Positions 51,870 through 62,389 of a stretch of DNA of 64,000 bases are shown here, piece by piece. This DNA is from Verrucomicrobiota bacterium (GTDB lineage Bacteria; Verrucomicrobiota; Verrucomicrobiia; Limisphaerales; AAA164-E04): positions 4,576,001 to 4,640,000 of the forward strand of contig CP170459.1 of NCBI GenBank assembly GCA_047947115.1, written 5' to 3'. The position numbers were made by a program, and so were the translations under genes. The notes under the pieces were generated by a model that made no database searches, was not told the DNA's origin, and saw only the letters and a list, made by a program, of their open reading frames with translations. Position 1 is the stretch's first letter; the number at the start of each line of letters is the position of its first letter.

Positions 51870-54147
51870 ATTTGCTGCGCCATCGCAAACGAAGTGCGTT
51901 GCCAATCACCAACACATCCGAAAAACCCATGGCAGCCGCACATAGCAGCGGATTCATGAAACCAAACATGGCCAGCGGAATAGCGGCCGCATTGTAGAAA
52001 AAAGCCCAGAACAGATTCTGCTTGATCGTTCGCAAAGTGGCTCGAGCCATGTCAAGGGCTTCCGGAATGGCTTCAATATCCGCCTTCAACAAAAGAATAT
52101 CCGCCGCCTCACGTGCAATGTCGCTCGCACGCGAAACAGCAATTCCCAAGTCTGCCTGCTCCAATGCCGGCGCGTCATTGATGCCGTCGCCGACATAGGC
52201 AACTCGCTCCCCTTTTTGCTGTAATGACCGAATGATGGAAGCCTTGTCCTCCGGTTTCACTTCTGCATGCACACAGCCGGGACTTAAACCCAGTTCATCC
52301 GCAATGGCTTGTCCGGTGCGGTGATGGTCGCCCGTGATGAGATGAATCTGCCAACCGCTGGCCAACAAACGACCCACCACGGCCGCAGCCTTTTGCTTCA
52401 ACGTATCGCGCAAAGCGATGAATCCCAGAGATTCCTTTCCCTTGGCCACACCGACCACCGTAGCGCCCTTGGCCATCCAGTTGTGATGAAACGTATCATC
52501 CCCATTCATAACCACACCGGACTGCTCCAACCATTTCAACGAACCCAATCGATAACTTGAAGTGAGATCCCCCCTGTCGGATTCAAACACAGCCCCCTCA
52601 ACCCCCGCTCCGGCTTTTTCGGTCCACTTTTCAAATAAAAAGGTTTTGTTAGATGCTCCAGTGCTCCAATGACGGGCTATCGCTCGACTGAGTGGGTGTG
52701 TGGATTTCTCAGCCAAGGAAACGGACAGTGATTGAAACTCCTCTTCACTGATGGATTCGGACACTTTCTCAAAGCCGGCCACTCCCGGTTCCCCTTCGGT
52801 CAATGTGCCGGTTTTATCAAATGCGAGAGCGGTGATGGTCCCACTTTTTTCAAGAGCCACGCCGTCCCGTATCAGAATACCTCTGGCGGCTGCGGCATTG
52901 GTCCCGGCCATAATGGCCGCTGGAGTCGCCAACCCCATAGCGCACGGACACGCCACAATCAAGACGGCCACCGAATGGATCAAAGCAGCCGCCAACACGG
53001 TCGGAAAGGCGTGTGTCGTCCATAAAAATGGCTGAAAGGTATCTGCTACCGTCTGCATCCCACCAGGCCAGAACAACCATCCGAACAGGGTGACCACTGC
53101 CAAAAGAACGACTATCGGAACAAAAACAGAACTCACCTGGTCCCCCAATCGTTGTATGTTGGCTCGACTGCTTTGCGCACGTTCCACCACTTGAATGATC
53201 CGGGCAAGAGCCGTTTCCTCTCCCAATCCCGTCACCCTCACCAACATATTACCCTGTCCGTTCAGTGTGGCTGCGTAGATCTTGTCTTCCTTGCTTTTGT
53301 CAACGGGCATGGATTCTCCGGTCAACATCGATTCATTCACGCTGCTGTGCCCTTCGATCACGACACCATCGGTCGGCACTTGATCACCAGGACGAACCTC
53401 AACCAGATCTCCAAGTCGAAGCGATGCCACGTCCACCTCCTGCATGCCCCCGTCCCCCATCCGCTTGCGAGCGCGTTGTGGGGCCAATTGCATCAGTGAT
53501 TGGAGAGCGCTGGTTGCCTTGGCACCGGCACGACCTTCCATCCAATGCCCGAGACTGATCAAGGTGAGAATCCCCACCGTTTCCATGAAATACAAATGTG
53601 CCAACTGTCCTGTCCACCACCCCCATAGACTGAACACATAGGCAGCGGAAGCTCCCAATGATACAAGGGTATCCATATTGGATTGCCCGCGCTTGAGCTG
53701 TTGCCAGGCTCCTTTGAAAAATCGGGAGCCTGAGATTAAGAGAATGGCAGTGGCCAACAGAAGTGAAAACAGGCGATAAGCAGCGTGGGTCCCGAGATCC
53801 AACACCCAGTCCCCTACCATCATGAGAGCGAACGCCGGCAATCCGACGGCAAGGTTCACCCCCCAACCTGACCAGAAACCTCCCGACTTGGATGGCATCC
53901 CGGAGGTAGCATCCGGTTCCTCCAAGGTTCCCTTGAATCCGACCTGATCCAACGCGTCCAGCAACTCGGAGGGCTTGGCTTCGATACCCGCTTCCCAAGT
54001 CACATCTGCGGCCCCGGGCTCAAGCTGCAACCGCACCCGCTGCACACCTGATACATTTTGAAGTGCTTCCGTTGCATGTCGCGCACAGTTCTGGCACGTC
54101 ATGCCGCTGATCGATAAATGGTGCGTGATGGAAGATTTTCCGGACAT
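51868..54147 (-). CDS. copA: Cu(I)-translocating P1B-type ATPase
   Basis: HMA GMTCQNC, TGES, CPC, DKTGT, HP, GDGINDAP, YN and MxxS ligands. Confidence 0.93.
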   Translation of the reverse strand: MSGKSSITHHLSISGMTCQNCARHATEALQNVSGVQRVRLQLEPGAADVTWEAGIEAKPSELLDALDQVGFKGTLEEPDATSGMPSKSGGFWSGWGVNLAVGLPAFALMMVGDWVLDLGTHAAYRLFSLLLATAILLISGSRFFKGAWQQLKRGQSNMDTLVSLGASAAYVFSLWGWWTGQLAHLYFMETVGILTLISLGHWMEGRAGAKATSALQSLMQLAPQRARKRMGDGGMQEVDVASLRLGDLVEVRPGDQVPTDGVVIEGHSSVNESMLTGESMPVDKSKEDKIYAATLNGQGNMLVRVTGLGEETALARIIQVVERAQSSRANIQRLGDQVSSVFVPIVVLLAVVTLFGWLFWPGGMQTVADTFQPFLWTTHAFPTVLAAALIHSVAVLIVACPCAMGLATPAAIMAGTNAAAARGILIRDGVALEKSGTITALAFDKTGTLTEGEPGVAGFEKVSESISEEEFQSLSVSLAEKSTHPLSRAIARHWSTGASNKTFLFEKWTEKAGAGVEGAVFESDRGDLTSSYRLGSLKWLEQSGVVMNGDDTFHHNWMAKGATVVGVAKGKESLGFIALRDTLKQKAAAVVGRLLASGWQIHLITGDHHRTGQAIADELGLSPGCVHAEVKPEDKASIIRSLQQKGERVAYVGDGINDAPALEQADLGIAVSRASDIAREAADILLLKADIEAIPEALDMARATLRTIKQNLFWAFFYNAAAIPLAMFGFMNPLLCAAAMGFSDVLVIGNALRLRWRSK

Positions 54148-54220
54148 ATAACTACTGCATACGCTACATACGCAGGGAAATCAAAGAAGTTGTTCAGGAA
54201 AGCACCCCGCCTCCCCCACT

Positions 54221-55828
54221 CTACCGTGGGCGTGTGCGTGCGGATCGAATCTGAGTTTCCTGAGGATACTTGTTACGAGCGGGTGAATCCCAAATACTCT
54301 CATCCGTATCATCGTAAAACTCACGCGTTTTCCAGAATCGCTCCTGGAGTGCCGACAGCAAGGAAGCGTAGTCGGCATTTTTGGCCAAATTGTTCATTTC
54401 TTTGGGATCCTTCGCCAAATCGAACAGTTCCCAGCGATTTTCTGATTCCGCCGTGTTCCGTGGATGATCGAAGTAGAGCAACTTGTGTGTGTCAGTTCGA
54501 ATGGCGCTGTGCTTGGGCATGCCGTGTCCACCGTCAACGTAACGATAGTAGATGGTGTCTCGCCATCCAGCAGGTGTCACGCCTCCGTTGGTCAGGATCG
54601 GCAAGAAACTGATCCCATGAACATCCCAATCCGTCTGGATCCCTGCGGCCGCTAAAAAGGTCGGGGCATAATCGATGTTCTGCACCATGGCTTTGGCGCG
54701 GGTTCCTGGTGTCACCTTTCCGGGCCAACGGACAATCAATGGCATTTTCAAGGATTCCTCATAGGCCCAGCGTTTGTCGAACCATCCATGTTCACCCAAA
54801 TAAAACCCCTGATCGGCGCAATACACGACAAGGGTGTTCTTGCTCAACCCCAGCTCATCGAGTCGATCCAACACACGCCCGACGTTCCTATCCACTCCCG
54901 CCACACAACGCAGATAGTTTCGCATGTAACGCTGGTATTTCCACCTCACCAAATCCTTGCCGGTGGGTGGATTGGCCAGGAAATGCTTGTTTTCTTCCTC
55001 GAATGCCGCGACGTAAGCTTTCCGCTGGGCATCCGTCAGGCGATTGACGACATTCAAGTCGCTTTCTGTATCAAACAACATCAAATCGCTTGCCATCCGC
55101 ATATCGGCATCAATTCCCATCTTATGATTTGCAGCCGAAACGCGCGTCTTGTAGTCGTCGAACAAACTGTCTGGTTCGGGAAATACGGTATCCTTGTAAA
55201 GTTCCAGCTCCTTGAGGCTTGGCTTCCAATTGCGATGAGGTGCCTTGTGCTGCACCATCAGGGCAAATGGCTTGGATTTGTCGCGCTTATCCAGCCATTC
55301 CAACGCGATGTCGGTCACCACTTCCGTGGAATGACCTTCAATGCGACGACTTCCGGTGGCACTGTAAAGGTCCGGATTGTAATAACTCCCCTGTCCGCTG
55401 AACACTTCCCAGGCATCAAATCCGGTTGGCTTGGTCTTCATGTGCCATTTGCCAAAAATCGCAGTGGTGTAGCCGTTCTTTTGAAGTGCTTTTGGCCAGG
55501 TTGGCCGATCAGGATCCAACGCACCGGCAAGATTCACAATTCCGTTTTTATGGCTATGCAGTCCTGTCATCACCGTAGCTCTGGAAGGTGTGCAGATGCT
55601 GTTCCCGCAGAAACTGTTTTCAAACAACATTCCTTCCTTGGCAATCCGGTCAATATTGGGCGTGGGTGGCAGGTCCAAGCCGTAGTTGTAAGCGGAGATG
55701 GCCTGGGTCGTCAGGTCATCGCTGAAGAAGAACAGGATATTGGGACGCTCCTGCTCCCCTCGAACAGGCAGGCATCCAAGCACGACAAACATCAAAGCGT
55801 AGAATCGTAACCGGGTGATCATCGTCAA
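54221..55828 (-). CDS. Formylglycine-dependent sulfatase (S1)
   Basis: PNILFFFSDD, CTPSRATVMTG, GKWH, HKAPH, LGEHGWFDKR. Confidence 0.93.
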   Translation of the reverse strand: MTMITRLRFYALMFVVLGCLPVRGEQERPNILFFFSDDLTTQAISAYNYGLDLPPTPNIDRIAKEGMLFENSFCGNSICTPSRATVMTGLHSHKNGIVNLAGALDPDRPTWPKALQKNGYTTAIFGKWHMKTKPTGFDAWEVFSGQGSYYNPDLYSATGSRRIEGHSTEVVTDIALEWLDKRDKSKPFALMVQHKAPHRNWKPSLKELELYKDTVFPEPDSLFDDYKTRVSAANHKMGIDADMRMASDLMLFDTESDLNVVNRLTDAQRKAYVAAFEEENKHFLANPPTGKDLVRWKYQRYMRNYLRCVAGVDRNVGRVLDRLDELGLSKNTLVVYCADQGFYLGEHGWFDKRWAYEESLKMPLIVRWPGKVTPGTRAKAMVQNIDYAPTFLAAAGIQTDWDVHGISFLPILTNGGVTPAGWRDTIYYRYVDGGHGMPKHSAIRTDTHKLLYFDHPRNTAESENRWELFDLAKDPKEMNNLAKNADYASLLSALQERFWKTREFYDDTDESIWDSPARNKYPQETQIRSARTRPR

Positions 55829-56177
55829 AGCCTATAAAAAGATCAGATTTCCGAAAGGAAAAATTCGCGGGATCACTCGAAACGTGGCTCGTGACAATGG
55901 CCAAGTATCCTTCCAACAAGACAAGCCTCACCTGGACTGCGGTGAGCATCACCGCTCTGGATATGCCAGGGAAACGTTGTGACCCTCTTAAGCCCAGATC
56001 AATCCAATCCTCATGCCGGAAACTCCTCACGTGAAAGTTCACGCCAGTGAAACTTGAACACAACCCGCGTCTCCGTACCGCATCCAAAGCTCCGATATCT
56101 CGGAGCACTCCAGAGAAGCATTTGCCGTATCCCTAGCAGCTACTCTTTGAAAAGCTGCCAGGAACCCCTCAATTGTG

Positions 56178-56558
56178 TCAATCTTTGGCACCTGCGGTTT
56201 CTTCATCCAGAGGAAGACGCAGCAGATAAGTAGAAACCCCAATCCCGACCGCCAACAGAATCAGCAGCAACCACCACCGATCCTGAACAAACCAGGCAGA
56301 TATCATCAGTGTGCTCCACAGAATCAGGATCGTCTTGTTGCGGGCCTTGCGGGGAATACCGTGCCCCCCCTGATACCGCCGAATGGTTTCGCCAAACCAG
56401 GGATGATTCAGCAGCCACGTATGAATCCTTTTGGAACCCCTCGCATAACACGCCGCCGCCAACAACAAAAACGGTGTGGTCGGCAACAATGGCAGGAACA
56501 TTCCCATCACCCCCAGCCCTACAAAGAGCGATCCCAATCCAATAAACAGGTATTGCAT
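56178..56558 (-). CDS. YbaN/DUF454 membrane protein
   Basis: LPLLPTTPFLLLAAACYARGS...WLLNHPWFG. Confidence 0.9.
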   Translation of the reverse strand: MQYLFIGLGSLFVGLGVMGMFLPLLPTTPFLLLAAACYARGSKRIHTWLLNHPWFGETIRRYQGGHGIPRKARNKTILILWSTLMISAWFVQDRWWLLLILLAVGIGVSTYLLRLPLDEETAGAKD

Positions 56559-56605
56559 GCTTTTTCTTCTCTAATCGGTCCGTCTGCGTTAATTTTTGAA
56601 CCACC

Positions 56606-57805
56606 ATGAACAACATCCATACGGAGCGTATCTTTCAGGCCCTGGACGGACTGGACATTGAGCTGCCTTCCTGGGGTTTTGCCGACACCGGAACACGGTT
56701 CGGAAAATTCCATCAGGACGCAGCCGCCATCGATATTTACGACAAAATCAAGGATGCTGCAACCGTTCACCGCCTGACCGGGGCATGCTCCACCATGGCT
56801 GTCCACGTTCTCTGGGATTTCAATGAAGAGCAAACACCTGCTACGGTCACCCGGGCAGCCACATCCGAAAGCATCCGCATCGGCAGCATCAACCCGAACC
56901 TGTTTCAAGATCAGGTCTACAAACTGGGCTCTTTTGGCAACCCGGATACCGGCATTCAAAACCAGGCCCTTCAACATTGTCTGGACAGTATTGACATCGC
57001 CACCCAATGCGACAGCCGGATCATCACCCTTTGGTTTGCCGACGGCACCAATTATCCGGGCCAGGATGACATACGGCGCAGGAAACGAGTCTTCGAGCAA
57101 CACCTCCAACGCTGTCACGAATCTCTTTCAGAGGACCAAACCCTACTGATCGAATACAAACCCTTTGAGCCCGCTTTTTATCATACCGACATTGCGGACT
57201 GGGGCATGTCCCTCCAACTGGCTCAAAAAACGGGATCACAAGCCAAGGTGCTGGTAGATACCGGTCACCATTACGCCTCGCAGAACATCGAGCAGATTGT
57301 CGCATGGCTTTTGGATGAAGGGCGTCTTGGCGGATTTCATTTCAATGACCGGCGTTACGCGGACGATGACCTGACACTGGGGTCCATCGATCCTTACCAG
57401 GTCTTTCGCATCTTCGCCGAGATTCATGGCTACGCTCACGACACCGGCAGCGCTCCCGAAATTGCTTATATGGTCGATCAATCGCACAACCTGAAGCCCA
57501 AAATCCAGGCCATGATCCAGACAGTCACCTGGGCACAGGAACTCTATGCCAAAGCGGCGCTGGTGGATTTCAACAAGCTGCGACAATATCAATCCACAGG
57601 AGACATCATCGAGGCCGAGCAATGCCTTCAACGTGCTTTCATGACCGATGTCACCGGTGCCATCAAGGACTGGCGCAACCAACACAAACTCCCGGAAAAC
57701 CCCCTTCAATCTTATCGGGAAAGTGGTCATGAACAAACCATCGCCAAGGAACGGAAAGAACGCCGTGCCCAACTTGGATTGAGCAGCGCCAGTTCCTACG
57801 CCTGA
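56606..57805 (+). CDS. rhaI: L-rhamnose isomerase-like sugar isomerase (xylose-isomerase TIM barrel)
   Basis: ELPSWGF..TGTRF, WFADGTNYPGQ, EYKPFEP, DTGHH, GFHFND, DDDL, DQSHN. Confidence 0.85.
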   Translation: MNNIHTERIFQALDGLDIELPSWGFADTGTRFGKFHQDAAAIDIYDKIKDAATVHRLTGACSTMAVHVLWDFNEEQTPATVTRAATSESIRIGSINPNLFQDQVYKLGSFGNPDTGIQNQALQHCLDSIDIATQCDSRIITLWFADGTNYPGQDDIRRRKRVFEQHLQRCHESLSEDQTLLIEYKPFEPAFYHTDIADWGMSLQLAQKTGSQAKVLVDTGHHYASQNIEQIVAWLLDEGRLGGFHFNDRRYADDDLTLGSIDPYQVFRIFAEIHGYAHDTGSAPEIAYMVDQSHNLKPKIQAMIQTVTWAQELYAKAALVDFNKLRQYQSTGDIIEAEQCLQRAFMTDVTGAIKDWRNQHKLPENPLQSYRESGHEQTIAKERKERRAQLGLSSASSYA

Positions 57806-57811
57806 CCTTTC

Positions 57812-59329
57812 ATGGAACCACTCCGAGCCGTTCATCTCAGTAAATCCTACGGAGGCACTCATGCCCTCAAGGACGTGTCCCTGGACATTCGTCCGGGCGA
57901 AGTGCACGCCCTCTGCGGCGAAAATGGGGCGGGCAAATCCACCCTGATCAAGATCCTGAGTGGCGTCCTCCTGCCCAACGAAGGAACTGTCCAATGGAAT
58001 GAAACACCCTTGCCACTGGGTCGTGTCCATTCGGTGGAAGCGCATGGCATCCTGACCGTTCATCAGGAACCGGTGGTTTTCCCGCATCTCAACGCGGTGG
58101 ACAACTTGTTTGTCGGGCGCGAACCCGCCGCACTCGGGGGAGCCTGGCTGGATCAATCCACCATGCGAAAAAAAGCCCGCGCAATCCTTGCCAACCTTGG
58201 AGAGGAGCTGCCCCTGACGCAGCCCGTTGGCGACATGTCGCTCGCGCAACGTCAAATGGTCAGCATCGCCCGCGCCCTGTTGCACCAGTGCCGCATCCTG
58301 ATTCTGGACGAACCCACCGCTTCCCTTTCCGCTCGCGAAAGTGAATCGCTGTTTGAAAAGGTCAACACACTGAAACAACAGGGAGTAGGCATTCTCTATG
58401 TCAGTCATCGATTGGAAGAAATATTCAGACTGGCGGATCGTGTGACTGTCTTGCGCGACGGAACCTGGGTCGCCACCTCGGACATCGCATCCCTGAACCA
58501 GGAAGCATTGATCCAGCACATGGTGGGCAGGGACATCACCTCAAAACCCGGGAGTGGCACAGCTCCAGATGAAAGCAAGAATCGCCCCCCTATCCTTGAG
58601 ATCAAAAACCTGTCACGTGAAGGAGTGTTCCAGAAAATTTCATTTAAGATTCAACCTGGTGAAATCCTGGGCATGTCCGGGCTGGTTGGCGCGGGGCGTT
58701 CAGAGATCGCGAGGGCCATTTTCGGCATTGATCCTTTTGATGCGGGTGAGATCGTTTACCTGCGCAAGCCTGTGCCCAAAGGATTCACCATTCAGGACAC
58801 CATCCAGGCAGGGATGGCCATGGTGCCGGAAGACCGACAGCAACAGGGACTCGTCCTGCCGCTGTCCGTCGAAACCAATTTATTACTGCCTTCATTAAGA
58901 GAGTTTCAAGGCCCATTGGGCTTAAAAACGAAGGCTATGCGCTCCACAGGAAAGGCATTGATCGAAAAAATGGGCATCAAGACCGAGACCCCGGCACACC
59001 CGGCTCATTCACTTTCCGGCGGTAATCAACAAAAAATCGTTATTGGGAAATGGGTCCATCGTCTCCCGAAGCTGTTCATCCTCGATGAACCCACCCGAGG
59101 CGTGGATGTCGGAGCCAAACATGAGGTACACCGGCTCATCCGCGAACTCGCGGCACAAGGTTCTGCTGTTTTGTTGATCTCCTCGGAACTTCCGGAAATC
59201 CTTTCTCTAAGCCATCGCATCCTGGTTCTGTGTGAAGGAACCATCCGGGGCGAACTCAAAGCAAATGAGGCAACTCAGGAACAACTCTTGAAACTCGCCC
59301 TCCCTGAAGAGGCAAGGAGGTCGGCATGA
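57812..59329 (+). CDS. Sugar ABC transporter ATP-binding protein (two NBDs)
   Basis: GENGAGKST, ILDEPT, LSGGNQQK, DEPTRGVDVGAK. Confidence 0.95.
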   Translation: MEPLRAVHLSKSYGGTHALKDVSLDIRPGEVHALCGENGAGKSTLIKILSGVLLPNEGTVQWNETPLPLGRVHSVEAHGILTVHQEPVVFPHLNAVDNLFVGREPAALGGAWLDQSTMRKKARAILANLGEELPLTQPVGDMSLAQRQMVSIARALLHQCRILILDEPTASLSARESESLFEKVNTLKQQGVGILYVSHRLEEIFRLADRVTVLRDGTWVATSDIASLNQEALIQHMVGRDITSKPGSGTAPDESKNRPPILEIKNLSREGVFQKISFKIQPGEILGMSGLVGAGRSEIARAIFGIDPFDAGEIVYLRKPVPKGFTIQDTIQAGMAMVPEDRQQQGLVLPLSVETNLLLPSLREFQGPLGLKTKAMRSTGKALIEKMGIKTETPAHPAHSLSGGNQQKIVIGKWVHRLPKLFILDEPTRGVDVGAKHEVHRLIRELAAQGSAVLLISSELPEILSLSHRILVLCEGTIRGELKANEATQEQLLKLALPEEARRSA

Positions 59330-60330
59330 CGGACGCAACAAGTACCCACACAACACCTCCCCTAAAACGTGCACTGATCTATCTTTTGAGTCATCGAGCA
59401 GCCGGATTGTTCCTGTTCATCGTGCTGCTGCTTGGAATCGTCAGCGTGATGAACCCTGCATTCCTGGAAACCCAAAACATCAAGGATATCGCCGTTCAAG
59501 CAGCTCCGGTCTGCATCATCAGTTGCGGGTTGATGCTGGTGCTGGTTTCCGGGGAAATAGATATTTCCGTCGGTTCCATGATGGGGCTCCTGGCAGCATG
59601 CATGGGAGCGATGGTGTCCGAATCACGCGGTCACCTTCCCCCGGGCATGGCCATTGTTCTGACACTGGGCATCGGTGTCGTCATTGGACTGTTAAACGGT
59701 TGGCTGGTGGCTTATGCCGGGGTGCCCTCCATCATCGTGACGCTGGGCATGCTCACCGCGCTTCGTGGTGTCACGGAAATCGTGATGGGAGGTTCCTGGA
59801 TCACTGACCTACCGGACGGCATCCGTTTCCTCGGAACCGGCGCCTTCATGGGAATCCCCATCAGTCTATGGACCGCTTTGACCGTGATCCTGGTTTCATT
59901 GTGGCTGGTGCATCGAACCGCGATCGGACGTCGTATCTACGCGATCGGCAGCAACCCGCACGCCGCCTACCTGGCGGGGCTCCCCATCAAACCCCTCAAG
60001 CTTTTTGTCTTTGCCTGGACCGGTTTCCTCACCGGAGTAGCCACTCTGGTCAGTGTCCCTCAGCTATCCGTGGTCGATTCGGGCATCGGGGTGGGCCTTG
60101 AATTGTTGGTGGTCACCTGCGTCGTCGTCGGCGGAACGGCGGTGAGCGGTGGATTGGGCAACCTCAGCGGAGTGCTTTGTGGGGTCATCCTGATGACGAT
60201 GATCTCCACCGTGCTCATCTTCATGAAACTCGGCGAAAACGCCACCTACTGGTCACGGGCTATTCAGGGATTGTTCATTCTGGGAGCCATCATCGCGGAT
60301 CACTGGATTTCACGTCAACGGAAGTCATGA
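59326..60330 (+). CDS. Sugar ABC transporter permease
   Basis: GEIDISVGS, IIVTLG, VVVGGT..SGG; RbsC-like. Confidence 0.93.
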   Translation: MTDATSTHTTPPLKRALIYLLSHRAAGLFLFIVLLLGIVSVMNPAFLETQNIKDIAVQAAPVCIISCGLMLVLVSGEIDISVGSMMGLLAACMGAMVSESRGHLPPGMAIVLTLGIGVVIGLLNGWLVAYAGVPSIIVTLGMLTALRGVTEIVMGGSWITDLPDGIRFLGTGAFMGIPISLWTALTVILVSLWLVHRTAIGRRIYAIGSNPHAAYLAGLPIKPLKLFVFAWTGFLTGVATLVSVPQLSVVDSGIGVGLELLVVTCVVVGGTAVSGGLGNLSGVLCGVILMTMISTVLIFMKLGENATYWSRAIQGLFILGAIIADHWISRQRKS

Positions 60331-61283
60331 AACAGCGCATCCTCAACATGATTTGGCAGCCGGAGACGTTTCTCATCGTTCTGATCGGAATCCTATTGAC
60401 AGCCATGGGACGGCTCGACGCGTCCTTTTTGCAGTGGGAAGTCCAGCGGGCACTTTCCTCCCATGTCTGGGAACTGGCCATCATCGCCATCCCGATGACC
60501 TTGATCATCCTGACCGCCGGCATCGATTTGTCGGTGGGTTCGGTGATGGGACTAAGCGCCATCACCACCGGCATGCTTTTTCAAAAAGGACTGCCCCTTC
60601 CCCTGGCCTGCTCAGCTTCACTGCTGGTGGGAATTTTTTGCGGTTTCCTGAACGGATGGTTCATCACCCGCATGAAGGTGCATCCTTTGATCATCACACT
60701 GGCCACCATGGCGGCCTATCGGGGAATGGCCGAAGGCATCAGTCACGCCAAGCCTGTTTCCGGATTCCCGGACTCCTTCACCTGGCTGGGGCAAGGTGAC
60801 TGGTTTGGACTCCCCGTCGCGGCATGGGTTTTCGCGGTGATGGTTGGAATCGTCCTCTGGATGATGCACGGTCGGGCTTTCGGTGTCGGCATCTGCGCAA
60901 TCGGACACAATGAAACCGCCACCCGTTTTTCAGGACTACGAGTGGATCGTTATCTGGTCACGCTCTACACCTTCTCCGGGTTCGCCTCGGCGCTGGCGGC
61001 AGTGTTGTTCGTGGCCCGTCGCAACACCGCAAAAGCCGATGCGGGCATGGGAATGGAACTCGGTGTCATCACGGCGGTGGTCATTGGAGGTGTGAGCATT
61101 TTCGGTGGACGGGGCACCTTGATCGGGGCCTGCCTGGGTGTGTTGTTGATTCATGAAACCCGTGAATTTGTCAGTTGGCATTGGAACCGGGACGAATTGA
61201 ACCTTCTGGCGCTGGGGATTCTGCTGATTCTTTCGGTTGTCTTCCAAAAACTTTTACGCCATAAACAGGGCTCAGCCATATGA
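60327..61283 (+). CDS. Sugar ABC transporter permease
   Basis: GIDLSVGS, IITLAT, ITAVVIGGVSIFGG; ATG at 60327 overlaps the previous stop. Confidence 0.93.
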   Translation: MKQRILNMIWQPETFLIVLIGILLTAMGRLDASFLQWEVQRALSSHVWELAIIAIPMTLIILTAGIDLSVGSVMGLSAITTGMLFQKGLPLPLACSASLLVGIFCGFLNGWFITRMKVHPLIITLATMAAYRGMAEGISHAKPVSGFPDSFTWLGQGDWFGLPVAAWVFAVMVGIVLWMMHGRAFGVGICAIGHNETATRFSGLRVDRYLVTLYTFSGFASALAAVLFVARRNTAKADAGMGMELGVITAVVIGGVSIFGGRGTLIGACLGVLLIHETREFVSWHWNRDELNLLALGILLILSVVFQKLLRHKQGSAI

Positions 61284-62347
61284 AATCGAGTCGACAAAAC
61301 ATTTCCAAAGGATGGATCACCGCAGCTTTCACCGCCGTTTTGGCGGTTTTCCTCACAGCCTGCGGTCCCGGTGCTTCCAACAACGAATCCTCGAACGCAT
61401 CCGCATCCTCCGATAAAAATGGCTCCAAAAAGATCACCATCTGCCTGATTCCCAAAAAGAAAGGATTACCGTATTTCACATCCTGCGCCGCCGGAGCGGA
61501 ATTGGCGGCTGCCGATCTGGGAAATGTGGAATTAATCTACGACGGCCCCACCGATGGCTCCCCCGAAAAACAGGCATCGATGATCGAACAATACACATTG
61601 AAAGGCGTCGATGTGATTGCCGTCTCTCCCAACGATCCCGATGTGGTCGCGCCGGCCATGCGCAAGGCACGCGAAAAAGGCATCAAGGTAATTTCCTGGG
61701 ATGCGGACGCGGTGCAGGATGCGCGTGATTACTTTGTCAATCAGGCGACCGCACAGGCCATCGCACACGGTATGGTCGACACCATGGTTTCGGACATCGG
61801 CGGACCGGACGTCAAGGCCGAGGTTGCCATCGTCACCGCTTACCTGACCGCTGCGAACCAGAATGTCTGGATCCAGCACATGAAAACCCACATCGCCGAC
61901 ACCTACCCGAATCTCAACCTGGTTGCCATCAAACCATCCGATGAGGATCAAAAACTTGCGTTCAAGGTCACTCAGGACCTGATGAAAGCCTACCCCGACA
62001 TCAAAGGATTCTTTGGCATCAGTTCCGTCTCATTCCCCGGCGCTGCAGAGGCGGTCAAGCAAGCTGGAAAATCCGGAGAGGTCATGGTCACCGGGCTCGC
62101 CACACCCAACAGCATGAAATCCTATGTCAAGGACGGCACGGTCAAATCAGTCGTGCTCTGGAACACTTCCGAGCTTGGCTATCTGACCGTTATGGTGGGT
62201 GAAGCGTTGGCAACAGGTAAACTCTCTTCAGGTGCCACATCCTTCGATGCCGGTAAGCTCGGTGAAAAGAAAATCGATGGTGATCACGTCCTGCTCGGAG
62301 ACATTCTGGTGTTTAATCAGGAAAACATCGATCAATACGATTTCTAG
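61280..62347 (+). CDS. Sugar ABC substrate-binding lipoprotein (RhaS/LsrB-like)
   Basis: Lipobox LTAC; IPKKKGLPYF, SWDAD, VTGLATPN, VLWN. Confidence 0.88.
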   Translation: MKSSRQNISKGWITAAFTAVLAVFLTACGPGASNNESSNASASSDKNGSKKITICLIPKKKGLPYFTSCAAGAELAAADLGNVELIYDGPTDGSPEKQASMIEQYTLKGVDVIAVSPNDPDVVAPAMRKAREKGIKVISWDADAVQDARDYFVNQATAQAIAHGMVDTMVSDIGGPDVKAEVAIVTAYLTAANQNVWIQHMKTHIADTYPNLNLVAIKPSDEDQKLAFKVTQDLMKAYPDIKGFFGISSVSFPGAAEAVKQAGKSGEVMVTGLATPNSMKSYVKDGTVKSVVLWNTSELGYLTVMVGEALATGKLSSGATSFDAGKLGEKKIDGDHVLLGDILVFNQENIDQYDF

Positions 62348-62389
62348 TCCAACCACTCTCCCCCCGCTTAACCAGCAAACCAAACCGGT

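Noticed and set aside
55829..56177. Intergenic stretch with short ORFs between the sulfatase and the YbaN-like gene
   Set aside because: No recognisable protein motif or RNA structure
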